Below, piece after piece: positions 22,700 through 34,268 of a stretch of DNA of 64,000 nucleotides; the first letter of the stretch is position 1; each line of letters opens with the position of its first letter. A model generated the notes under the pieces. It saw only the letters and a list, made by a program, of their open reading frames with translations, searched no databases and was not told the origin of the DNA. Made by a program: the position numbers and the translations under genes. Source of the DNA: Cycas panzhihuaensis (Eukaryota; Plantae; Cycadophyta); NCBI GenBank assembly GCA_023213395.1, contig CM041465.1, forward strand, positions 47,251,741 through 47,315,740, given 5' to 3'.

Positions 22700-25600
22700 T
22701 AAAGAGATCCCAAACTATATCAGGGTATGTCCATAGTGATCCCAAATAACCCAAGCACTTACAGAAGGCCCAGGATTCCCATGACTACCTCCATCAGTAT
22801 GGATAGTTAATAAACCACTATCTAAGTTATGAGTAGGGTTGGATAAAGGGGAGTTATGAAAGGTGGGCCAACATGGAGTAATAATGGCTCATACACATGG
22901 TTAGTATTATGAGTAAAAAGAACTTGTTCAGAACCAAACTAATGCAGTGGACCTGGCATATAATGGATTACATGGCAAGGTGGTGTGTGGGTGGAATAGG
23001 CCTGATGTGGCACTCTTATGAGTGGTATATTGATGTGAATGCCCATAAGAAATCACTTAGGTAGAGTGGGAAAATAAGGAGAGCAATTGGTTCAAATCTA
23101 GCAGCTCAAGAGCCATAAAAGAGTTAATAAGAGATGGAAGGTTCTCAAGGGAAACTTCCCTAGAGTTTTAAGAAACAAGAGTGACATGTCATCGAGGGGG
23201 CTCATGGCCTTTAGAATTTGACTCAGGGTCACTTATGATGGCTAGGTAATCATAGCTACCTATGCCAATGGGAGAAAACCTAACTAGATTAGGTTCAAGA
23301 TGAGATGAGGGACCATCTTGGTAGGAGTTGGACCCTTTAAAAAGATTCCTTAAAGTGGGAAAAGACTTATCAAGATCACTATCTCTGGCATTAAAGATAG
23401 CCTAGCAAGTAGGAGGAGATGTACAAGAGGGGAAAAGCTCATGAGTAAAAACCTTAATTTACCCTTCATAGATAAATTTGCATTTCCCCCATTATAAGGA
23501 GTAGACGACCCCCGTTTAATCGAGCCATGGTTGACCTAACACGATGTTGTAATCGACATCAATGTTGAGCATAACAATATCTACCTAAATGATCTTCTCC
23601 TATAATATGAGCAAAAGGGTAATAGTCCCTAAAGGATATTTCTTACTCCTATCATATCCTTAGCATTTCCAAGGGATAAGCTTAAGAATTTCTATGCCTA
23701 GTTCCTCTATCATCTACATAGGCATAACATTAATAGAGGAACCATTATCTATGGCAGTCCTCTTAAAGTGAAATCAAGAGTATAAATGGTAATAGTTGAT
23801 GAGTAATACTAATAACATTATCATTCACTAGGGGATGGGAGGTCTCTAGGATCAAACAATATAGTGGGAGGCCCATAAGAGGTAGTGCTTACAACATGGA
23901 TGGGAGCATCTCGTTGGCCAAGACCCTTTCGAAGAAGAGTGTGTTGCTCAAGACAACTTTGCAAGATGTCCATTATGGACATTCCTACAGACACCAAGTG
24001 TAACTCTTTAATAATAGAGAGGCCTTCCCCTTCCCAGTAGATTGGGGAAGAGTCCTCTGGAAATCATAATACCTAGGATGCACAAAGATGTTCTTTGGAA
24101 CAATAGGGATCTCTATAAGAGGAGCATCTATAAGGGGTTGTTGTTGGGAAGAGGAGGCTTCACTAGCCTCCTTGGAAGCTTAGGACCATATAACCAAGTA
24201 CATAGGGGTGGTCTCAAGCAATTAGATAACCTTCCTCTCCATGTTCTTATAATGAGAATAGGAAGGGAGCTGAGTCGTAGGACTAGGAGGAGGAGAGGGA
24301 TTGGTAGGAGCTTTGCCCTTAACCTGATCTAAGGAAGGGGGAGGAGTTCACCTCCTATTTTAAGGGGAATGATCCCATTCCTCATGGTTTGGGAATGGAT
24401 CTCGATAAATAGATTACTCCAAGTTTAGCTTGGAAGCACCCTAATAAGGGGGCTTGTGAGATGGAGTAAGTTTAGGATGTTACTTCCAACGCCACAAGTC
24501 ATCGTAGAAACACTCTCTATATATAGAACAATGCTTCTTTTTAGGAGGGGATTATGCCCCTTTTCTTTAAGAAGCAGTGTTGGTATGTGTGGATAAGGAG
24601 GTCTTAGACATCCGATGGATATGACATTAGGATTTAGGAGAGGTTTGGGTTGGTTGCAATTTAAGATCCTTAACCATTCATTCAAAGGAGCAAATGGTTA
24701 AGGTAAGAGCATCTAGGATCTTGTTAGTGGTACCAATAAGAGTCCTAGAAGTAGGTTACTATCCTTTTTGGTCATGTAAGGGAGGGGGTACCTTATGGCA
24801 TTATGATTACCTAGGAAGCTTCTTAAGACAAGCTTGTATCTCAATGGCTTCTAATGCCAAGAGGTTGGCTATGGAAAAATCACAAGAGAATACTCCCAAT
24901 TTTAGGACCTTAATGTGCACCTTAGGGCATAATGTCTTAACAAAGAGGTCTCTCTTCAACTCTTCAGGTAACGTGGCCTTAGAAGAGTAAAAGAGCTCAT
25001 GGAACCATCATATAAAGTCATAGTTGAGTTTTTCAGAGCCTCATTTAAGCGAGAGTAGATCTTTGATCCCATTCTCAAAAGGTCGAGCAACATTAAAATA
25101 GTTGATGAATTTGTCAACTAATTACTAGAAGGTAGAAATGGAGTGAGTAGGGAGATGATAGAACCATTTGAGGGTATCTCCCTGAAGGGATCAAGGAAAA
25201 ATCTTTATCTTAATGTGATTATAAGCCTAATAGTCTATGCATACCATGATAAATGCTCTAACATGTATTGTTAGATTATAAGAAGAGGTACTATCAAACT
25301 TAGGCACCTTGAGAGGATGAAGCAATAAGTTAATTCTTAGCACCTCAATGGATAATAGAGTTGACCGATAATCAATGAAGGGATAGGTCCCCAATTAGGC
25401 TAATAGATCAACTTGAGAATAAGGGAATATAGTATGAGGATATCCACTCCTAACATTTGGTGAGTAAGAGGTGATATCATAAGGATAATACCCTTATTGG
25501 TAAGGTACATAGGAGGGAGGAGGGTAGGATATCCCTCCTAGTAGACATGAGTAAGCACTTCCTGTATGGAGGATTGTTGAATAAGGAGTTGGGTGAGAGG

Positions 25601-26480
25601 GTCTCACTGCACCTTAGGGACGAGCTGCATGGGAGTACCAAGGTTGAGGATATACTCCCATAAGAGTGGATGGGTAAATGTATGACGAAGTACCTACATG
25701 AGGCATAGAACAAGATTAATAAAATATAGGATGGGGAATGGGGTTTTGTCCATATGGACCCCCAAGGGGAGGGGCAATCCTAGAAAAGTAAAGGGGATCA
25801 ACCTTATATGTAGGAAGGGGATTTGATCTCCATTACCCCAAGGTTGAGATGTATAGCCTAGAGGAATGTAGAGTGAAGGGTCCATAGTTTATGGCCACAA
25901 ACGAATGAAAGCCATTCCCCCATGTCCTGTATGGCATACAAAAAAGTGCATAATTGAAGGATAAGAAGGGGGAGGTATAACAATAGGTTGGGGCATGTTT
26001 ATTGAAAGTGAGGGTATACTTATACTCATTGAAAGGGTTTGTATACTCAAAGTAGCTAATTGGATAGGAGAGATGCATGTGGACATATGCCCTACTACTT
26101 CCTCTTCCTATAGGGTAGAGGAAGTAAAAGGGAGCGATAGAGTATGGGGGATGATGGAAGATGGGGGATTCAAGGTTTGAAAGAACCTATACAATCACTT
26201 GGGGATTGGTTACATAGTTGTGACCTCGAAGCACTCCCATAGGGCTTCAACTATGTCTCTATAAGAAGTGTATAGATGGTTGTAAGAGGTGGAAACCTCC
26301 CCTTTCCAACTAGAATAGGATGGATAGGTTGGGGTAATCCCTTTAAAACATGAAGCAAGATCCCTAAGTTGACAACTTCCTATGATATGCATAGGAAGCA
26401 ATTGAGGGTCTTAGAAACCTTCAACCGATTAAGTGTGATAATAGGAAGGATCCTCACCAACTTGGGTAGGATCATAATAG
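22700..26480 (-). pseudogene. F internal unit 1: Pro/Tyr-rich N-terminus, retrotransposon gag, CHHC-like Zn motif, aspartic protease, RNase HI-like N-terminal motif
   Basis: Hand translation: VPKFDS...SLQGDTLKWFYHLPTHSISTF (~25130-25310), IDNGSSINVMP (~23720-23752), YNIVLGQPWLD (~23520-23552), LTIHTDGGSHGNPGPS (~22763-22810). Confidence 0.8.
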
Positions 26481-26588
26481 GAAGAAGGGTCACCTTAATA
26501 AGCCCTAACAAAAGGAAAAAAGGGGTGTGGGAGAAGGCTAAAGGAAACCTAAATCATTCTAACTGGTGTTCTCTAGTATGGTCACCTA

Positions 26589-29213
26589 CAAGATCACTCT
26601 TGTTAGGGGTACCTAGGATAATAAACACCACTAAGGGCTAAGTCTAGGGTGTGAAACCTAATATGTGGGTGTGATGGAACCCTAGGTTCCCCATGTAGGG
26701 TGCTCATGCACCACAGAGGTGTGGATTTAGGAAAGCATGGGCATGCTCCCTTCTCCTTTACTTAGGGCTTTCATAAGGAGGGGACCATGATTAGACAATA
26801 CAAGGGGCCAATGTGGAAAAAAAATTGGTAAAAGAAGGACAAAATAAAGGGTGAGAGAGAGAGAGAGAATAGATAAATAAGCCAAAACCCTCTTAGTTGG
26901 GTAAAAGGGTATGATAAGGTTTTGTTATGATATTGTATAAGAATAATAACAATAAGAAGGGAAAGAAATAAAGAGGAGTGCAAAATAAATGAGCACTTCA
27001 CTCTCTTTTCTTTTATGACTCTTTTTCCTCTTCTTTTCTAGAAAAAGAAATAAACATATAAAGGAATAAAGAAGGGTACAGGACCAAACAAGGGAACCTC
27101 ACTCTCTTTTCCTCTATCTCTCTTTTCTCTGTTTATTCTGAAAAAGGGGGGGAAAAAACCTATATGATAATCAAGGGGAAGAAATATTGATACAATAAAA
27201 AAAGGGGGAAGTAAAGAGAAGGGAAGGTAGATGCTCCTCTCCTATTTGTAACCCTCGCTCAATATCCCCTTATCTCCAATATTCCTTTTGCTAAACAAAA
27301 AGAAAGAGAAACCTATTCCTTTTCCTACAAAATAAATTCCTTCTTATTTTGTGCAATGCAAGACACTCCCCCCTAAACCCTTATTCCCTCCTTTTGATGA
27401 TGATGCAACTAATATGAAAAAAACACAAAAAGGGGGAAGAAATTCTTTATAAATTAGGATGTGAGCTGAGAATGATAATCATAATATAAAAAGAGAAGGA
27501 ATAAAGAGTAAGTGAAGTGCACTAAGATCTAATAGGCAGTCAATGATGTAGCTCTCTCTTACCTCTCTTTATCCTTCCTCTCCAATGGCCATGTTGCCAA
27601 TTAAAATCGAATGATGGGGGCTCCACTTATCCACCTCAAATGAATAAGAGAAACTAACAAAAAGTAAGACTAGGAAAGTAAAGGAAATATATGTAATTAG
27701 CTAGTACGAAACACAAACAATGCTTATGTTATGGAAGTGCACCTTCTCCAAACCCTAACATGGATAGAAGAGGGTTGCTCCTTCTTGTACTTCTAAGTTA
27801 GATCTAAAAGGAAGACCACTCTAACAACCCTTTAATAAATCTAATTACATGGAAGAAAGATTTAATCAATATATGTGATTAGGGAACATGTATGTAAGCA
27901 TATGCAACATATAGAAGAATGGTAACAAAGAAATGAAACTAAAACAAGGAGGGGAGAAGCACTTCAAAATAGCATGGCTCCTTATACAAGGGTGGTTCCC
28001 TTAGTTGTGTTAAGGAAAGCCTCCCCAACATGCACCTATAACTCAATGGGAAATATATGCAAAGGAAAAGAAGGAAAGACCAAATGAATCCAATCCTACC
28101 TTTAACTATTACAACTAAAAGAAAGGCTACCAAATCCCCAAAAACCCTAGCTATACAACAAAACAACAATGAAGCAAAGAGGAGAAGGGTGAAAGGGAGT
28201 CTTAAGAAATGAAAAACTAAGGTTAGATAGGAGATGCCCAATCTAATGGAGAATAAGGATGTGATGTCCATCCAATATAGTCCTCTCCAATATCCCTTTG
28301 CTTGTGGTAGGTTGGATCTCCACTTCTTCACCTTAGCTCCCCAAGCATGCAAGTTATATCAAGTGTGGAAGGGTTGTTGTGATAGAAATTTGGTAGTATT
28401 TTAGTATGGTAGGAAGAGTAGAAGATGATAGATCTCCACCCTCAAAATAGAGGGTTTTTATAGGTAAAAACAAGGTGAGGGTATGGTGGTTTCATGCCCA
28501 CAAGGTGGAGAAACCATCACCCAAAACCATGGTAGGAGCTAAGGAGGCAAGCTCAAATCCTCACAAAATTTGAATAAAAAATTAGTTTTGAGGTCTAATG
28601 GAAGTTCCCAAGGGCATGTCAACCCATTCTAGGCTGATGTGGCACGATAGACCCACCTAACAAGGTAGCAAAAAAGCCACTAGGATGTTGGGAAGGTAGC
28701 CAGGTATGTTAAGAGTCATATTGTGACCAAAGTTACAGTACTGCAGATTTGGCCATGGTACTAAAGATCATTCTTTGATACTACTTTATATAGGAAAAAT
28801 GGCTATGGAATGACAACAAAAAGGGAAAGTAAGGCCTAAAACTAGTCCTAAGGGTACTTTAACTCCAAAAAATAAACTCAGTCTAAAATGGTAGGTGATC
28901 GATGGGTGTAAAGGGAAAATGAGGCTAAAAGGATGAGGATGGGGCTAAAAGACAAGCTATAAGGCCATGGAGGAGGTCCCTTTTCTAACTAATAGGCCAA
29001 CTAGGGGGCTTTAAGGCCATAAGACTAGAGTCCTAGTTGTCATAGGTAAAAAATGTAAACACAAGCAACTAAAATGTATAAATATGTAGGTATCCAACAA
29101 CCAACAAAATGCACATTGTAAGGGTAATATGAGCAATGTGATGGAGGTGAAGATATATACCTAAAACTTACCTATGTCACCATGTTGATTCCATTTCTAG
29201 GAGCTAAGAAACA
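26589..29213 (-). repeat. F LTR copy 2 (shared middle LTR)
   Basis: PBS remnant on its left (26571-26587) and PPT (rc AAGGGGGCAA, 29214-29223) on its right. Confidence 0.9.
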
Positions 29214-30099
29214 TTGCCCCCTTAGTAGGAGAACCTCTTCACTCTAAAGGTAGAAGATGGTGAATGCTACAAACACAAATGATATGAGACAAAACCAAAC
29301 AATCAAACATGTGCATATGACAAGGGGCAATAATGCATGCCATAGTAATGCCTTATTAGTAGATCATAAGGGGTGCATAATCCATTAGGAAGGGAACAAG
29401 TTGTTTGCAAGACCAAAACTTTAACCAATGACTAGATACCCAAAGCAAGCACAAGCAAGGAAGCTACCAATCCTAGGGGTTTCCTTAGTGGTAAGTTGAA
29501 GGAATGACAAATGACCAAGGGGTTGCCTTCGTCACAATCCATAAAATAGGTAAGGGGGATGCCCTAAGAATACTTGAGGAGGAAGGAATCACCAATAAAA
29601 GAAAAGAAGAGTGGTCATTATAGTTTAGCCTCACTAACAACTAAGGTTTAAAGGTTAGAAGGGAGTTTAGATGAAACCCAAATTAACTTGAAAATGAGAA
29701 TCAATGCCTCCACATGATTCTAATGGCTATAAACACTTATAGGGTCTAAGGTAGGTGCCCCAAGAGTGCAAAGGTCCTATAGGAGAAAAAGGCCATAAAG
29801 GTTACACATCAAAAAGGGAGGAAAATAAGAGCCTAGAGGTCGAGAAGGGGGATGACCCTAAAGGGAAAAGAGATGATGCTAAAACCAGGAATCTAATGGT
29901 AAGATTAGAATGGGCAAAGCATGAAGGGTGAGGGGAGCTCACCAAAAAGGGTCCTATATAATTGGGTTGGTAAATTTCATTTTTATAGTTCCTCATAGAA
30001 AATTTAGAAATTTACCTCTTCCCTTTTATTTCTCCCATATTCACAAGCTTGTCATAGGAGATCCAACTATTAGATTAGCGATTAGAGGAAGTCATCTAA

Positions 30100-33000
30100 C
30101 ATTGGGCAAAGAGATCTCAAATAGTACTAGAGTTCATCCATAGAAATTCTAATTACAGAAGGCTCAATATTCCTATGAATATCCCTATTAGTATGGATAG
30201 TTAATGAACCACTATCCGAGTTGCATTTTAGGGTTGGATAAAGGGGAGTTATGAAAGTTGGGCCTAACATGGGGCAATGATGACTCAGAGACAGGGTCAG
30301 GCTTGTAAGTAAAAATAACTTAGTCAAAACCAAACCAATGTAGGGGACTTGACACATAATGAATCATATGTCAAGGTGGTATGTGAGTGGAATAGGTCCA
30401 AATTCTCAGTGAGGGTCTAAGATGTGAAGACACACTCTTAGGAGTAGTACATCGATGTGAATACCCATGATAAATCACCAAGAAGAGTGGGAAAATAAGG
30501 AGATCGACTAGATCAAATCTAATGGCTTGGGAGCCATAAAAGAGTTAACAAGAGTGGGAAGGTTCTCATGGGACACTTCCGTAGAGTTTTGAGAAACAAG
30601 AGTGACATGTCACAAAGGGGGCTTATGGCCTTCAACATCTGACTTGGGGTCGCTCATTATAACTAGGTAGCCATAGCTACCTACACCAATGGGGGTGAAC
30701 CTAACTAGATTAGGTTCAAGATTAGAAGGAGGCCTATCTTGGTAGGAGTTTGACCCCTTAACAATATTCCCTAAAGAGGGAAGAGGCTCATAAAGATAAT
30801 TATCTCTAATATCAAAGATAGCCTAGCAAGCATGAGGAGATGTGTGAGAGGGGGGAAGCTCACGGGTAACATCCTTGATTTTCCTTTTACAGATAAAGTT
30901 GAGTTGCCCCCATCATGAGGAGTAAATGACCCCCATTTGATCAAGCCATGGTTGACCTGATAGGAGGTTGTAATTGACATCAATATTGAGCACAATAATA
31001 TCTACTTGATCAGTCTTCCCCTCTAATATGAGTGGAAGGGTAATAGTCCCTAAGGGGGATTTCTTACTCTTACCATACCCCTAGAATTTCCAAGGGATGA
31101 GCTTGAGAGCTTCTATGCCTAACTCCTCTATTATTTACATAAGCATAACATTAACAGATAAGCTATTATCTACGATGATCCTATTTAAGTAAAATCAAGA
31201 GTGTCAATGGTAATAGTAAATAGGTAGTGCCAATGACATCCATGTTCACTAAGGGATGTGAGGTCTCTAGGATTAAATAAGATAGTGAAAGGCCTATAAG
31301 AGGTAGTGCTTTCAGGATGGACGAGAACATCTCATTGGCCAAGAGCCTCTAGAAGAAGAGCACATTACTTGAGATAACTCTTCAAGACATCCATCATGGA
31401 CATTCCTATAGACACCAAGTGTAACTCTTCGATATTGGAGAAGGCCTTCCCCTTCCCTATGGGTTAGGGAAGAGTCCTTCTAAAATAATAACACCTAGGG
31501 CACATAGATATGTTCTTTGGAATAACAAGGATCTCTATAAGGGGAGCATCTATAAGGGGTTGTTGTTAAGAAGAGGAGGCTTCGTTAGCCTCCTTAGTAA
31601 CTTGGGACTACATAATTGGGTATATGAGGGTAGCCTAAAGTAATATGATAACCTTCCTCTCCTTGTTCTTAGAACATGAAAAGGAGGGGAGTTGAGTCAT
31701 AGGGCTAGGAGAAGGAGAGGGATTAGCATGGGCTTTTCCCTTAGCCCAATCCTAAGAAGGAGGAGGAGTTTGCCTTCTATTTCTAAAACTTCTACTCTAA
31801 GGGAAATGATCTCATTCCTCATGGCTAGGGAATGAGTCTTGATGAATAAGTTGCTCTAAGTTTGGCTTGGAAGCACCCTAAGAGGGGGTCCTCATGGGAT
31901 GGAGCAAGCTTAAGGTGTTGCTTCCAATACCACAAGTCATCATGGAAACACTCTCCATGCATAGAACAACACTTCTTTTTAGGAGGGAATTATGCCCCTT
32001 TCCTTTGAAAAGTAGTTTTGGTACCCATGGATGAGGAGGTCTTAGAAGTTTGAAGGATAGGATGCTAGGATTCATGAGAGATTTAGGTTGGTTGCAATTC
32101 AAGATCCTTAACCATTCATTTAAAGGAGTGAATAGCCAAGGTAAGATGGGTTTAGGGTCTTATTAATGGTACCAATAGGAGTCTTCAAAGTAGGTTACTA
32201 CCCTTTTTGGTCATGTGAAGGAAGGTGTGCCTCATGATGTTATGATTGCCTAGGAAACTTCTTAAGATTAGCTTGGATCTCAATGGCTTTAAATGCCAAG
32301 CACTTGGATCTGGAAGAATCACAAGAGGCCACTCATATTTTTAAGACCTTAGCATATACCTCAGGATATGATGCATTAACAAAGAGGTCTATCTTCAACT
32401 CTTCATACAACATGGCCTTAGAAGAGTGAAGGAGGTCATGGAACCACCACGTAAAGTCATAGTTGAGTTCCTCAAGGCCTTGTTTAAGTGAGAGTAGGGC
32501 TTTAACCCCACTCTCAAAAGGCTAAGCAATATTAAAATCATTAACAAATTCATTAACTAATTGCTAGAAGGTGGAAATGGAGTGAGCATGGAGATGATAA
32601 AACTATTTGAGGGCATCTACCTATAGGGATTAAGGAAAAATCTTTATCAAAGTGTGATCAAAAGCCTAATAGTGTATGCATGCCATGGAAAATTCTCTAA
32701 TATTCTCTATTGGGTCATTAGAAGAGGTACCATCAAACTTGGGCACCTCAAGAGGATGAGGTGATAAGTTGGTTTTTAGTACCTCAATGGATAACAGAGT
32801 TGACTAATAGTCAATAAAGCGATGGGTCCCAAGTTAGGCTAATGAATCAACTTGAGAATAAGGAAATATAGTATAAGGATGCCTACACCCAATATTTGGC
32901 AAGTAAGAGGTGGCATCATAAGGATAATATCCTTGCTAGTAAGGGACATAGGAGGAAGGAGGGTAGGATATCCCTCCTAGTAGACATGAGTAAGTGGTGC

Positions 33001-33993
33001 TCATATAGGGGATCATTGAATAAGGAGGGGGGCAAGAGGGTCTCATTGCACCTTAGGGATGAGTCACATTGGAGTGCAAAGGTTGAGGATATACTCCCAT
33101 AGGAGCAAATGGGTAAACATATGAGGAAGCACCTACATTAGGCATAGAATAAGGTTGATAAAATATAGGATGAGGAATGGGGTTTTGCCCATATGGACCC
33201 TTAAGAGGAGGGGAAACCCCATAAGAATAAAGGGGATTAACCCCATAAGCAAGAAGGGGATTTGATCCCTCATGCCCCCAAGGCTGATATGTGTACCCTG
33301 GAGGAATGTAGGGTGAAGGGCCCATAGTTTATATCTACAAATGAATGGAATTCATGCCCCCATGTCCCATATGGCACATGGAAAGGGGCATAGTTAAAGG
33401 ATAAAAGTAGTAAGTGTAGTAATTGGTTAAGGAACATGTTTTGAAAGTGATGGCATACTTACTCCCTCTAGAGGGGTTTGTATACCTAAAGTCATTGATT
33501 GGCCATGAGAGATATATGTGGACACATGCCTTGCTAGGACTACTTCCTATAAGGTTGAGGAAGCATAAGGGAGAGATAGAGGAGGGGGGATAATAGAAGA
33601 CGGGTGGGGCAAGGTTTAAAGGAACCTATACAACCACTTGGGAAGTGGTTACATAGTTGTAACCTCAAAGCACTCCCATAAGGCTTTGACTACATCTCTA
33701 TAAGAAGTGTGTGGATGGTTGTAAGAGGTGGAAATCTCACCTTGCCAAATAGAATGGGATGGATAGATTGTGGGGACCCCTTTGAAACAAGAAGTAGGAT
33801 CCCTAAGTTGGTAGGTTCCTATGACATATATAGGGAGCAGTTGAGGGTATTGGAAACCTTTAACTAATTCAGTGTGATAGTAAGTAGGATCCTCACCAAC
33901 TTGGGCATGATCATAATAGGAAGAAGGGGCCTTGAAATGAGGCCAATCTAAAGCACAAGGGTCATTAGCCCAATTGGAAGGATAACTCTCCAT
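30100..33993 (-). pseudogene. F internal unit 2: same gag-PR-RNase H-motif organisation
   Basis: VPKFDGTSSNDP (~32710-32745), CSMHGECFHDD (~31937-31970), VDNSLSVNVM (~31145-31173); ORF-track SLTIHTNRDIHRNIEPS (30127-30357). Confidence 0.8.
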
Positions 33994-34250
33994 TGGAAAC
34001 TTTTAGTCAAATGAAGGGATACATGAATAAGCAGCCTCTACTTCAGTGGGTAGCAAGCCATGTAAGTGAAAAGAGAAACATTACATGAGTAGGTAAAACA
34101 CACCACTCAATGGAGTAGAGAAAATACAAGAAAAAATAGAAAGTAATAAATAAGATATAAAAGGGAGGGACACCTTAACAAGTCCTAGCAAAAGGAAAAA
34201 AAGGGTGTGGAAGAAGGATAAAGGAAACCTAAATCATTCTAATTGGCATT

Positions 34251-34267
34251 CCCCAATATGGTTGCCA
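34251..34267 (-). promoter_or_regulatory. Primer-binding site, tRNA-Arg-like
   Basis: Minus strand reads TGGCAACCATATTGGGG; the copy at 26571-26587 reads AGGTGACCATACTAGAG; inferred consensus TGGCGACCATACTGGGG resembles the Arg PBS of Ogre/Tat elements. Confidence 0.65.
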
Positions 34268-34268
34268 G

